From positions 1-63,652 of the forward strand of contig CAAECB010000046.1 in NCBI GenBank assembly GCA_900754285.1: a DNA stretch of 63,652 nucleotides. Reading direction: 5' to 3'. Under the pieces are notes generated by a model. That model searched no databases. It was not told where the DNA came from and saw only the letters and a program-made list of their open reading frames with translations. How positions within the stretch are numbered: the first letter of the stretch is position 1; every line of letters begins with the position of its first letter. The stretch comes from Clostridia bacterium. Lineage in GTDB: Bacteria > Bacillota > Clostridia > TANB77 > CAG-508. Below, one piece after another: positions 19,356-28,312 of this stretch. A program made the translations under genes and the position numbers.

Positions 19356-20016
19356 CATTTTGGTAACAATTACTGGAGCGAGTGGAGCAGGGAAAAGTAC
19401 AATTATAAAAGAATTAGTAAAAAGAAATCCAGAAAAATATTTACAAATACCTACATATACAACACGAACATTAAGACTGGGAGAAAAACAAGGAGAACAG
19501 CATTATTTTATTCAAAAAGAGGAATACCAGAAATTAAAACAAAAGAAAAAAATGTTAGCATGTTCAACAGTTGAAAATGAATTTTATGGAGTACCAAAAA
19601 TAGATTTAAGAAATCCAATATATAAAAATAAAATTATAATAATAGATATAGGAGCAAAAGGAGTAAGACAATTAAAAAAAACATATAAAAATATAATATC
19701 AATATATATAATGCCACCAACACCAGAGCGAATAAAGCAAAATAGAAATCAGAATAGATTACAAAGAAGTATAGAACAAATAAAATATGCTAGAGAAGTG
19801 TGCAATTGGCTAGTAATAAATGATAATTTAGAAAAATCAACAAACGAGATAGAAAAAGTATTACAAATAATCCATAAAAGTGGAGAAAATGTGGAAAAGA
19901 TACCACATAAAGATATAGAATTTTTATATAAAAAAAGCATGAAAAACCCGAAAAATAAAAGTTTTTTAGAAAATTTTTATCAACGAGAAAAACACTCAGA
20001 AGAAATAAGCATATAA
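19339..20016 (+). CDS. Guanylate-kinase-family P-loop kinase paralogue
   Basis: P-loop TGASGAGKST and the GK signature TYTTRTLRLGEKQGEQHYFI. GTG start overlapping the end of the preceding gene. It has a roughly 40-aa C-terminal extension and is not in the usual gmk-rpoZ context. Confidence 0.6.
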   Translation: MIKINNILVTITGASGAGKSTIIKELVKRNPEKYLQIPTYTTRTLRLGEKQGEQHYFIQKEEYQKLKQKKKMLACSTVENEFYGVPKIDLRNPIYKNKIIIIDIGAKGVRQLKKTYKNIISIYIMPPTPERIKQNRNQNRLQRSIEQIKYAREVCNWLVINDNLEKSTNEIEKVLQIIHKSGENVEKIPHKDIEFLYKKSMKNPKNKSFLENFYQREKHSEEISI

Positions 20017-20035
20017 AAATAAGGAGGAAAATAAC

Positions 20036-20599
20036 ATGAAAGAATTAAATAAATGGGTAGATGTCAGAAAAAAACAAGTAAGAGAAGTAACAGATATGGA
20101 TATTACAATAAAAAAATTACAAGATAAAAATACATATATAACATTAAAAGAAGTAAAAGCAGTAGAACAACCATATAATGTATATATAAATGGAGAACGA
20201 GTAAAAAAATTAGACAAAGGCTTTACAATAATAGAATATACACCACTTGACAAAAAATATAATGTACGAATACATTTAAATGAAAAAAAAGAAATACTAG
20301 AATATTATTTTGACATAATAGCAGAAAACAAAATAAAAGATGGAATACCATATTATAATGATTTATATCTAGATGTAGTATATTTTCAACCAGCAGCAAC
20401 AAAAGAAGGAACATATATACAACTAGCAGATTGCAACGAATTAGAGCAAGCACTAAAAGACAATATTATAGACCAAGAGCAATTTGATATGGCATATAGA
20501 GAAGCGGAAAATTTAATGAAAGAAATAAAAGAAAAGAAAAATTGGTATGTCAACAGAGGATTAAAAGATTATTGGGAGATAAAAAAAGTGGCACAATAA
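20036..20599 (+). CDS. DUF402-family protein (nucleoside tri/diphosphatase-like, Ntdp/FomD family)
   Basis: YYFDIIAEN...YYNDLYLDVVYFQP...ADCNELEQALKDNIID matches the DUF402 core pattern. AAGGAGG RBS. Confidence 0.6.
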   Translation: MKELNKWVDVRKKQVREVTDMDITIKKLQDKNTYITLKEVKAVEQPYNVYINGERVKKLDKGFTIIEYTPLDKKYNVRIHLNEKKEILEYYFDIIAENKIKDGIPYYNDLYLDVVYFQPAATKEGTYIQLADCNELEQALKDNIIDQEQFDMAYREAENLMKEIKEKKNWYVNRGLKDYWEIKKVAQ

Positions 20600-20620
20600 G
20601 CAAAAATGAGAATAAAATAA

Positions 20621-20649
20621 TTGACAAAGTCAAAAAAACGTGATAAAAT
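20621..20649 (+). promoter_or_regulatory. Sigma-A-type promoter upstream of rpsF-ssb-rpsR
   Basis: TTGACA-17 nt-TAAAAT. Confidence 0.5.
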
Positions 20650-20679
20650 AGCACTGTTCAAGAAAAGTGCTATTTTTTT
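20650..20679 (+). terminator. Hairpin + T-run (probable terminator of the upstream operon)
   Basis: AGCACT-10 nt-AGTGCT followed by ATTTTTTT. It directly abuts the -10 box, so its assignment is ambiguous. Confidence 0.45.
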
Positions 20680-20736
20680 GAATCTCTACTCACAAAGCCA
20701 AAAAGTGGGTTAAAAATCCAAAGGGAGGTGAAATCA

Positions 20737-21021
20737 ATGAATAAATACGAAAGTGTTATCATTGTAAATCCAAATTTAGATGAAGCAGGAGTAAAAGCTT
20801 TAGAAGATAAATTTACAGGATTAATCAATGAAAATGGAAAAGTAGAATCAATCGACAAAATGGGAAAAAGAAAATTAGCTTATGAAATCAAAAAACAACA
20901 AGAAGGAATATACGAAATAATCAATTTTGAATCAAATCCAGAAGCTATAGCAGAATTAGAAAGAATCTACAGAATAACAGATGATATAATGAAATATATC
21001 ATAGTAAGAAAAGACCAATAG
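20737..21021 (+). CDS. rpsF: 30S ribosomal protein S6
   Basis: MNKYESVIIVNPNLDE...YRITDDIMKYIIV. GGGAGGTG RBS 6 nt upstream of ATG 20737. Confidence 0.93.
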   Translation: MNKYESVIIVNPNLDEAGVKALEDKFTGLINENGKVESIDKMGKRKLAYEIKKQQEGIYEIINFESNPEAIAELERIYRITDDIMKYIIVRKDQ

Positions 21022-21082
21022 TCAAAAAACATTAAATAAAGAAAAGGGACCTTTATTTAAAGCAAAGAAAGGTGATAAGAAA

Positions 21083-21523
21083 ATGAACAAAGTAATATTA
21101 ATGGGAAGATTAACAAGAGACCCAGAAGTGAGATACACACAAACAAACAACACACTAGTAGCATCTTTTAGTTTAGCAGTAAACAGAAGATTTGCAAGAC
21201 AAGGAGAAGAAAGACAAGCAGATTTTATAAATATTGTAGCATGGAGCAAACTAGGAGAATTTTGCAGTAAATACTTTAAAAAAGGTCAACAAGTAGGAAT
21301 CATCGGAAGAATTCAAACAAGAACATGGGATGATGACCAAGGAGTAAAACATTATGTAACAGAAGTAGTTGCAGAAGAAGCATATTTTGCAGAAAGTAGA
21401 AGAGACGGAAACGGAGACTCTGGAACATTTGAAAATACTTTTGGAGCAACAGCACCAGGAAATATGGGTTCAATGGGTTCAGATTTTGAAGTAACATCTT
21501 CAACAGATGATTTACCATTCTAG
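21083..21523 (+). CDS. ssb: Single-stranded DNA-binding protein
   Basis: OB-fold N-terminus ([19 protein letters not shown]), a Gly-rich linker and the acidic tail ending DDLPF. Confidence 0.95.
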   Translation: MNKVILMGRLTRDPEVRYTQTNNTLVASFSLAVNRRFARQGEERQADFINIVAWSKLGEFCSKYFKKGQQVGIIGRIQTRTWDDDQGVKHYVTEVVAEEAYFAESRRDGNGDSGTFENTFGATAPGNMGSMGSDFEVTSSTDDLPF

Positions 21524-21545
21524 TACTGAAAGGGGGAAATATAAA

Positions 21546-21824
21546 ATGGCAGACAAAAAACAAAATAGAAGAAACAACAAAAATTATGATGATGATTATA
21601 ATCCAAGATTCAGAAAACAAAGAAAAAAGGTATGTGTATTATGCAGTGACAAAAACTTTGAATTAGACTACAAAAATGCAGACCAATTAAAGAAATTTGT
21701 TAATGATAAAGGAAAAATATTACCAAGAAGAACAACAGGTGCATGCAGCAAACATCAAAGAGATATAACAACAGCAGTAAAAAGAGCAAGACATATAGCA
21801 ATACTACCATATGCACAAAACTAA
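21546..21824 (+). CDS. rpsR: 30S ribosomal protein S18
   Basis: [69 protein letters not shown] before ATG 21546. Confidence 0.93.
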   Translation: MADKKQNRRNNKNYDDDYNPRFRKQRKKVCVLCSDKNFELDYKNADQLKKFVNDKGKILPRRTTGACSKHQRDITTAVKRARHIAILPYAQN

Positions 21825-21836
21825 TTAATGACAATA

Positions 21837-21862
21837 AAAAGCGTTGGATTTCCAACGTTTTT
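21837..21862 (+). terminator. Rho-independent terminator of rpsR
   Basis: AAAAGCGTTGG-attt-CCAACGTTTTT. Confidence 0.75.
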
Positions 21863-21870
21863 AAAAACCA

Positions 21871-21911
21871 AAAAAGACATGAAAGACTAAAAAGTCAATC
21901 ATGTCTTTTTT
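21871..21911. terminator. Bidirectional hairpin between convergent genes
   Basis: AAGACATGA-16 nt-TCATGTCTT flanked by an A-run and a T-run. It lies 3 nt from the stop codon of the minus-strand gene. Confidence 0.55.
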
Positions 21912-21913
21912 GG

Positions 21914-22702
21914 TTAAATACTGAACAAAGCAAATTGCTTATTCAGCTCATCAAGTAACTTTTGTTCAATAGGTTCATAAACGTGAATTACCAAAGATTG
22001 GCCATGTCGTTCATCACTCTTTGGAATAACTGACAATGATGAAAAAATCGGCATATCTCTAGAGCAACAAATGTTGTATTTCGACAACATATAAATGTTC
22101 TTCTTAGGAAAACTGCCTTTTTCCAGCCCAAGCTGTAGAGAAAGAGATGGTCTATCCAAATCATTAAACATAAATGAGATGGAAAAATGATTGTCACTAC
22201 TAATGCTTATATGAGAACGAACACCTGTAATAAGCATAGCATTAATAATACACGAAAAAGCTTCCAATTCATCAAACGGTTTTCTCAAATTCAATTTGAA
22301 ATCAAATAGAGAAAATGAATTCCCATAACTTACAGATGGAAAACTATAAAGTTTGCACTTGTTATCTGGCAAATCATTGTATGATTCACAGATATATACA
22401 GTAATAAAACTACCAGAATAGTCTGTTTCAAAAAACAAAATCGATTTTGAGAATTGAATCTCAGAAACCAGTCCTTCGATTTCAAAATCAACATCTTCAA
22501 CATCTCTATTTACTGTGATAGAAGGATATTTCCTGCCTCTGTAAATTTCAATAGTAATGAATTCGGTACCATCATCAGCCTTTCTTAAAAATAATTTTGC
22601 CGAGTTACCCTGGCCAGAAATCATCATTTTGTTAAACAAATAACAAATTGACTCTAACTCTGGAAAAAGGGTCCGCAGATTAAAAGTTACTTCTTGTCTC
22701 AT
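21914..22702 (-). CDS. Hypothetical protein made of two tandem ~130-aa homologous halves
   Basis: Start at ATG 22702 (GGAGGA RBS). The halves align: FNLRTLFPELESICYLFNKMMISG versus FKLNLRKPFDELEAFSCIINAMLITG. No known motif recognised. G+C is visibly higher than in the neighbours. Confidence 0.6.
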   Translation of the reverse strand: MRQEVTFNLRTLFPELESICYLFNKMMISGQGNSAKLFLRKADDGTEFITIEIYRGRKYPSITVNRDVEDVDFEIEGLVSEIQFSKSILFFETDYSGSFITVYICESYNDLPDNKCKLYSFPSVSYGNSFSLFDFKLNLRKPFDELEAFSCIINAMLITGVRSHISISSDNHFSISFMFNDLDRPSLSLQLGLEKGSFPKKNIYMLSKYNICCSRDMPIFSSLSVIPKSDERHGQSLVIHVYEPIEQKLLDELNKQFALFSI

Positions 22703-22892
22703 AAAGAGATCCTCCTTATAAATAAATATTTTCCCATTTGGGATTACATATAGTATAACATAATTAACATAAATATACAACACACAAATACTTAGAAAAA
22801 CAATAAAAGTTGCAAAAAGATATAAAATATAGTAAAATATTAAAGAAAAAGCAACCAAAAAAGTAAAAAATTTTCAGAAAGGAAAATAAAAA

Positions 22893-24128
22893 ATGAAAGA
22901 AATAGAAGAATTAACAAAAAAAGTAGAAAAAGAAATAGAACCAGAATTTAAAAAAATAGAAGAAATATGTAAAAAAAATAGTATAAAAGTAATAGAAGCA
23001 TTCCAAAAATGCAATTTACAAGAAATGCACTTGCAAACCTCAACAGGATATGGAATAGATGAACCAGGAAGAAACAAAATAGAAGAAATATATGCACAAA
23101 TATTTAAAGCAGAGGACAGCTTAGTAAGAGCACAATTCATATCAGGAACACATGCACTAGCAATAACATTATCAGCATTATTAAGACCAAATGACACAAT
23201 GATAAGTATAACAGGAGCACCATATGACACATTACAAACAGTAATAGGATTAGGAGAAAATCCAAGCAAAAGTTCACTAAAATCATATGGAGTAAAGTAT
23301 GAACAAATTGAATTAATAAACAATGAATTTAATGAAAAAGAAATACAAGAAAGACTAAGCAAAAAAGATGTAAAATTAATAGAAATACAAAGATCAAGAG
23401 GATATTCAACAAGAAAAAGTTTAAACATAGAAAAAATAGAAAAAATAATAGCAAAAATAAGAGAAGTAAACAAAGAAGCAATAATAATGGTAGATAACTG
23501 CTATGGGGAATTTGTAGAAGAAAAAGAACCAATAGAAGTAGGAGCAGATATAGTAGTAGGGTCATTGATGAAAAACCTAGGAGCAGGAATAGCCACAAGT
23601 GGAGCATATATAGTAGGAAAAAAAGAATTAGTAGAAATGTGTGCAGAAAGACTAACAGCCCCAGGAATAGGAAAAGAAATAGGGCCATCATTAAACCAAA
23701 ATACAAGCTTATTAAAAGGACTATTTTTTGCACCACAAGTTGTAGCAAGCAGTTTAAAAACAGCAGTATTTGCAAGTAAAATATTAGAAGAATTAGGATA
23801 TAATGTAGAGCCAAAATACAATGAAAAAAGAGCAGATATAGTACAAACAATCCATTTAGGAAGCAAAGAAAAATTAATAAAATTTTGCCAAGGAATACAA
23901 AAAGGCTCACCAATAGACAGTAATGTAATACCAGAACCAGGAGACATGGGAGGATATGAAGATAAAGTAATAATGGCAGCAGGAACATTCACTGAAGGTT
24001 CAACAATAGAATTAAGTTGTGATGGACCAATACGAGAACCATATATAGCATATATGCAAGGAGGATTAACATATGAATATGGAAAATATGGAATCCTAAA
24101 AGCAATAGAAGAAATGCAAAAGAAATAA
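22893..24128 (+). CDS. PLP-dependent methionine gamma-lyase-family protein (YnbB / 'aluminium resistance' family)
   Basis: The N-terminal pattern KVIEAFQKCNLQEMHLQTSTGYGIDEPGRNKIEEIYAQIFKAEDSLVR is typical of the YnbB family. 411 aa. Confidence 0.75.
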   Translation: MKEIEELTKKVEKEIEPEFKKIEEICKKNSIKVIEAFQKCNLQEMHLQTSTGYGIDEPGRNKIEEIYAQIFKAEDSLVRAQFISGTHALAITLSALLRPNDTMISITGAPYDTLQTVIGLGENPSKSSLKSYGVKYEQIELINNEFNEKEIQERLSKKDVKLIEIQRSRGYSTRKSLNIEKIEKIIAKIREVNKEAIIMVDNCYGEFVEEKEPIEVGADIVVGSLMKNLGAGIATSGAYIVGKKELVEMCAERLTAPGIGKEIGPSLNQNTSLLKGLFFAPQVVASSLKTAVFASKILEELGYNVEPKYNEKRADIVQTIHLGSKEKLIKFCQGIQKGSPIDSNVIPEPGDMGGYEDKVIMAAGTFTEGSTIELSCDGPIREPYIAYMQGGLTYEYGKYGILKAIEEMQKK

Positions 24129-24199
24129 ACTATAAAATCAAAATAAAAAACAAATACAAGTAAAAAGCAAAAAATAAAAAGTAAAAGGAATGATAAAAG

Positions 24200-25465
24200 T
24201 TGAAAACAATAATTATAGGAGGAGGCCCTGCAGGAATGATGGCTGCAATAAGTGCCGCAGAGAATGAAAATCCAAAAGATGAAGTTGTAATTATAGAAAA
24301 AAACAATATGTTAGGAAAAAAATTACTAATAACAGGAAAAGGAAGATGTAATATAACATCATCACTAGAAATAGAAGAATTCATAAAAAACACACCAGGA
24401 AATGGAATGTTTTTATATAGCAGTTTTCAACAATTTAACAATAAAGACATAATAAGATTTTTGCAAAAAGAAGGATTAGAAGTAAAAGAAGAAAGAGGAA
24501 ACAGAATATTTCCAACAACAGACAAATCAGTAGATGTATTAAACTGTTTCATAAAAAAATTAAAAGAATTAAAAGTAAAAATATATCTAAATGAAAATGT
24601 AAAACAAATAATAACAAAACAAATAGGAGAAGAACAAAAAGCAGTAGGAGTAAAAACAGAAAAAAGAACAATAGAAGCAGATAAAATAATATTAGCGACA
24701 GGAGGAAAAAGTTATCCATTAACAGGCTCAACAGGAGAAGGATATAAAATGGCCGAAGAAATAGGACACACAGTAACAGAAATAAAGCCATCATTAGTAC
24801 CATTAGAAACATATGAAGTAGAAAAAGAATTACAAGGACTATCATTAAAAAATGTAAAAATTCAATTAATAGATACATCAAAAAAACATATAATATATGA
24901 AGATTTTGGAGAAATGCTATTCACACATTTTGGAGTATCAGGACCAATAATCTTAAGCAGTTCAGCACATTTAGTAAGATATAAAAATATAAACGAGTTA
25001 TTTAAACAAAGAAAAATAATATTAAAAATAGATTTAAAACCAGCCTTAACAGTAGAAAAACTAAATGACAGAATATTAAGAGATTTTGAAGAAGAAAAGA
25101 ACAAACAATTTAAAAACAGTTTAAATAAATTACTGCCGCAAAAAATGATAAACACAGTAATAAAAATGAGTGAAATAAATCCACAAAAACAAGTAAACAC
25201 AATAACAAAACAAGAAAGAATGAAATTAATAGAAGTCTTAAAAGGACTAAAACTAGAAATAAAAAAATTTAGACCAATAGAAGAAGCAATAATAACAAGT
25301 GGAGGAATAAAAATAAAAGAAATAAATCCAAAAACAATGGAATCAAAAAAAGTAAAAGGACTATATTTTGCAGGAGAAATAATAGATGTAGACAGTTATA
25401 CAGGAGGATTTAATTTACAAATAGCATATTCAACAGGATATGTAGCAGGAAAAAATCAGACATAA
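24200..25465 (+). CDS. HI0933/BaiN-like NAD(FAD)-utilising flavoprotein
   Basis: GGGPAGMMAAISAA dinucleotide fold, GKGRCNIT, and the C-terminal GLYFAGEIIDVDSYTGGFNLQ. TTG start. Confidence 0.8.
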   Translation: MKTIIIGGGPAGMMAAISAAENENPKDEVVIIEKNNMLGKKLLITGKGRCNITSSLEIEEFIKNTPGNGMFLYSSFQQFNNKDIIRFLQKEGLEVKEERGNRIFPTTDKSVDVLNCFIKKLKELKVKIYLNENVKQIITKQIGEEQKAVGVKTEKRTIEADKIILATGGKSYPLTGSTGEGYKMAEEIGHTVTEIKPSLVPLETYEVEKELQGLSLKNVKIQLIDTSKKHIIYEDFGEMLFTHFGVSGPIILSSSAHLVRYKNINELFKQRKIILKIDLKPALTVEKLNDRILRDFEEEKNKQFKNSLNKLLPQKMINTVIKMSEINPQKQVNTITKQERMKLIEVLKGLKLEIKKFRPIEEAIITSGGIKIKEINPKTMESKKVKGLYFAGEIIDVDSYTGGFNLQIAYSTGYVAGKNQT

Positions 25466-25493
25466 AGAAAAAAGTAAAATTATAGGAGGATAA

Positions 25494-26132
25494 ATGGAAA
25501 ATTTTATCACAATAAAAGAAAATGTAACAGCAGAAATTACTGAAAAAAAATCAAAATTTATAGCAAATCTAATAAAAGTAAAGAACAAAGAAGAAGCAGA
25601 AAACGAAATAAATAAAATAAAAAAAGCATATCATGATGCAAGACATAATTGTATAGCATATAGAGTAATAGAAGAAGATAGAATTTTAGAAAAATCAAGT
25701 GATGATGGAGAGCCATCTGGAACAGCAGGTGGACCAATGTTAAACATATTGCAAAAAAGCAATTTGTGCAATGTAATAGTTGTAGTAACAAGATATTTTG
25801 GAGGAATATTATTAGGAACAGGAGGCTTAGTAAGAGCATATTCAGAAGCAACACAAAAATCAATAGAAAAATCAGAAAAAATAGAAATGATTTTAGGAAT
25901 AGAAATGGAAGCAAAAGTCGAATATAGTGAATATGAAAAATTTAAATATTATTGCCAAAAAAATCAAATAAAAATAGAAAAATCAAACTATAGCGAAAAA
26001 ATAATTTGTAAAATAGCATTAGAAAACAATAAAAAAGACCAAATAATAAAAGATTATAAAACAAAAAAAATAAATTTAGAAGAATTAACTGAAATAAATA
26101 AAAAAATCATTGAAAAAAGTATAATAAAATAA
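25494..26132 (+). CDS. YigZ/IMPACT-family (UPF0029) protein
   Basis: KSKFIANL...ARHNCIAYRV...DDGEPSGTAGGPML...VVVTRYFGG. Confidence 0.8.
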   Translation: MENFITIKENVTAEITEKKSKFIANLIKVKNKEEAENEINKIKKAYHDARHNCIAYRVIEEDRILEKSSDDGEPSGTAGGPMLNILQKSNLCNVIVVVTRYFGGILLGTGGLVRAYSEATQKSIEKSEKIEMILGIEMEAKVEYSEYEKFKYYCQKNQIKIEKSNYSEKIICKIALENNKKDQIIKDYKTKKINLEELTEINKKIIEKSIIK

Positions 26133-26171
26133 CATTTTTATAAAAATAAATGGAAAATCCTTCCAATATAC

Positions 26172-26200
26172 TTGCAATTGATGTAATAAACATATATAAT
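26172..26200 (+). promoter_or_regulatory. Sigma-A-type promoter upstream of spo0A
   Basis: TTGCAA-17 nt-TATAAT, about 75 nt upstream of the start codon. Confidence 0.5.
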
Positions 26201-26276
26201 TTAATTGTAAAATTTTTACAGTACAAATAAGTACTAAAGATTAAGTGAAAAACTTAAAGAAAATAGGAGGGAAATC

Positions 26277-27095
26277 ATGAAAGAGAAAATAACAGTATTA
26301 ATTGCAGATGACAACCAAGATTTTAGCAAAACTCTTGCAGGATATCTAGAAAAGCAAGAAGATATGGAGGTTATAGGAATAGCAAAAGACGGAGCAGAAG
26401 CAGTAAACATGATTGCAAACACAATCCCAGATATAGCATTAATTGATATGATAATGCCACATTTAGATGGAATAGGTGTATTAGAAAAAATAGGAAATTT
26501 AAATCTGCCTAAAAGACCAACATGCATAATGCTTTCAGCAGTTGGACAAGATAAAATAACACAAAGGGCCATTTTGCTAGGAGCAGAATATTATGTAGTA
26601 AAACCATTTGACATAGAAGTTCTAATAAGCAGAATTCGTCAAATAAAAAATTATATACCAACAAACAATGGTAATAACTTTATTTCAAGAGAAGCAAAAC
26701 AACAATACATAGAAATACCAGCAGAAGAAAGAAGAGAAAAGAAAAATCTAGAAGCACTAGTAACAAATGTTATTCATGAAGTAGGAGTGCCAGCACACAT
26801 AAAAGGATATCAATATCTAAGAGAAGCAATAATAATGGTAGTAAATGATATTGATGTAATAAATCAAATAACAAAAAGTTTGTACCCAGAAATAGCTAGC
26901 AAATATTGTACAACCCCAAGCCGTGTAGAAAGAGCAATACGCCATGCAATAGAAGTAGCATGGGGAAGAGGCCAACAAGAAGCAGTAGAAAACATATTTG
27001 GATATACAATATCAGCAAGCAAAGGAAAGCCAACTAATAGCGAATTTATAGCAATGATTGCAGACAAATTACGCTTAGAATTAAAAACAGCATAA
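26277..27095 (+). CDS. spo0A: Stage 0 sporulation response regulator Spo0A
   Basis: Receiver domain ([14 protein letters not shown]) plus the Spo0A-specific C-terminal DNA-binding domain ([36 protein letters not shown]). Confidence 0.97.
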   Translation: MKEKITVLIADDNQDFSKTLAGYLEKQEDMEVIGIAKDGAEAVNMIANTIPDIALIDMIMPHLDGIGVLEKIGNLNLPKRPTCIMLSAVGQDKITQRAILLGAEYYVVKPFDIEVLISRIRQIKNYIPTNNGNNFISREAKQQYIEIPAEERREKKNLEALVTNVIHEVGVPAHIKGYQYLREAIIMVVNDIDVINQITKSLYPEIASKYCTTPSRVERAIRHAIEVAWGRGQQEAVENIFGYTISASKGKPTNSEFIAMIADKLRLELKTA

Positions 27096-27326
27096 AAAAT
27101 ACAGAAAATTAAACTTTTCTTATTTATTGGTTCATGTTTTGATTATTAAAGATATGAATTTTAAATAGGAGGAGTTTTTTATTATGGAAAAAATTGATTA
27201 TTTATTATAGTATAAAAAACTATTTAGTTACTTGTATTTTAGAAAAAAGTATGCTAATATAGTGGCAACCTTTTCAAAGTCAGAAAGGTAAGGCTTTTAC
27301 TAAAGGACGGAAAGGGGGCAAATGAG

Positions 27327-27437
27327 ATGACGCAAGCCGAACTTATTCGAGATTTGATTGAAAAACTATTAGCAGAAAGAGATAAAAATAACGAACTTCA
27401 ATCAAAACTTGAAGAATACAAAAAGAGTAAAGACTAA
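27327..27437 (+). CDS. Small hypothetical ORF (36 aa, helical)
   Basis: GGGGG RBS. Translates as MTQAELIRDLIEKLLAERDKNNELQSKLEEYKKSKD and has its own terminator at 27454-27494. G+C is visibly above the local background. Confidence 0.4.
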   Translation: MTQAELIRDLIEKLLAERDKNNELQSKLEEYKKSKD

Positions 27438-27453
27438 TTGTTGTCATACATAG

Positions 27454-27494
27454 TCGAGTGGGGAAATTTGTTACAGGGTTTCCTCGCTTTTTTT
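27454..27494 (+). terminator. Rho-independent terminator
   Basis: Imperfect hairpin CGAG..GGAAA / TTTCC..TCG followed by TTTTTTT. Confidence 0.55.
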
Positions 27495-27500
27495 GAGCAT

Positions 27501-27578
27501 AAAAAAAGTAGATGTAGTTACAGATACATCTACAGCAAACAATATACACAAGCCGAACCAGAGTACATTGTTTAATGT
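27501..27578 (-). ncRNA. Candidate small RNA 1 (~78 nt, promoter-to-terminator unit)
   Basis: The minus strand carries promoter 27585-27613, a 5' hairpin AGTACATT-aaac-AATGTACT, then the terminator GTAGATGTA-tctgtaac-TACATCTAC plus TTTTTTT. It is paralogous to 27624-27685. Confidence 0.4.
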
Positions 27579-27584
27579 ACTTAT

Positions 27585-27613
27585 ATGATAGCATCTTTTT
27601 TTTTATTTGTCAA
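27585..27613 (-). promoter_or_regulatory. Sigma-A-type promoter of candidate sRNA 1
   Basis: The minus strand reads TTGACA-17 nt-TATCAT. Confidence 0.5.
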
Positions 27614-27623
27614 ACATAATTTG

Positions 27624-27685
27624 AAAAAAAAGTATGTGCAGTTACGATACACATACTATCAAATAATAGACACAACCAAAGCTAA
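27624..27685 (-). ncRNA. Candidate small RNA 2 (~62 nt), paralogue of sRNA 1
   Basis: The minus strand has the core CTTTGGTTGTGTCTATTATTTGAT, then the terminator AGTATGTG-11 nt-CACATACT plus TTTTTTTT. About 75% identical to sRNA 1 over the core and terminator by hand alignment. Confidence 0.4.
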
Positions 27686-27691
27686 ATATAT

Positions 27692-27718
27692 ATTATAACA
27701 ATCATAATGATATGTCAA
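27692..27718 (-). promoter_or_regulatory. Promoter of candidate sRNA 2 (extended -10)
   Basis: The minus strand reads TTGACA-15 nt-TATAAT with a TGT extension (TGTTATAAT). Confidence 0.45.
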
Positions 27719-27733
27719 TCAATATTCGAAAAT

Positions 27734-27762
27734 TTGACAATTTGAAATAAAAAATATATAAT
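27734..27762 (+). promoter_or_regulatory. Sigma-A-type promoter of the 118-aa ORF, divergent from the sRNA 2 promoter
   Basis: TTGACA-17 nt-TATAAT. Its -35 box lies about 15 nt from the oppositely oriented TTGACA at 27713-27718. Confidence 0.55.
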
Positions 27763-27821
27763 AAAGTTATGTAAAGAACCTAAAGGCTCTTACCAAAAAG
27801 CAAAAGAGAGGAAAAAGCACT

Positions 27822-28178
27822 ATGGAAAACAACAATGTTCATAAGATGATGATAAAGAAAGAGAGGTACATTCAGTTCCGCTCTGACGTAGAAGCAGCTA
27901 AGAGAAAACTGCAAGGTGCCTCAACAAGTGAAGATATTGACGAAGCCATCATAGAATTAGCTAGTCTTATGAAACAGTCTTTTGAAGACAGTTTGTTAGA
28001 CGAGATGATTGTATGGATAGCAGATGCGAGATTGAAAGCATGTAACTTACGTATGCATGATTACACCCGTAAAGAAATGGTAAAGTTACTTGAGGATATG
28101 CTTAAAAGTTTAGATTCAATTATTGAAGCTGCTAACAAAGACAATATTGTTAAAAATACAAGAAATTTCCAAGATTGA
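27822..28178 (+). CDS. Hypothetical protein (118 aa, predicted helical)
   Basis: GAGAGGA RBS, its own promoter and terminator, no recognisable motif. Confidence 0.55.
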   Translation: MENNNVHKMMIKKERYIQFRSDVEAAKRKLQGASTSEDIDEAIIELASLMKQSFEDSLLDEMIVWIADARLKACNLRMHDYTRKEMVKLLEDMLKSLDSIIEAANKDNIVKNTRNFQD

Positions 28179-28232
28179 AGACATCATCAAGAAGAATTTT
28201 AGCTAATATAGCCGAAATCTAGTAATCCTCGA

Positions 28233-28262
28233 AGGGAGTGAAAATAATTTCACTCCCTTTTT
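28233..28262 (+). terminator. Rho-independent terminator
   Basis: AGGGAGTGAAA-ataa-TTTCACTCCCT followed by TTTT. Confidence 0.8.
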
Positions 28263-28312
28263 CCATAATATAGTAAAGTTCTTTGAAAATTGTTATATAC
28301 AAAAAAACAATA

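Noticed and set aside
20650-20727. S6:S18-binding autoregulatory leader upstream of rpsF.
   Set aside because: There is a hairpin plus T-run, but it starts immediately after the -10 box. It is more simply read as the terminator of the upstream operon. I cannot verify the rpsF-leader consensus by eye.
21743-21958. 71-aa plus-strand ORF overlapping the rpsR 3' end and the intergenic terminators.
   Set aside because: Off-frame within rpsR, spans two terminator hairpins, and has no RBS.
27343-27594. 83-aa minus-strand ORF across the sRNA candidate region.
   Set aside because: Its start codon lies between the -35 and -10 boxes of a predicted promoter. It reads through two intrinsic terminators and the complement of the 36-aa ORF, and its composition is Cys/Tyr/Phe-rich nonsense.
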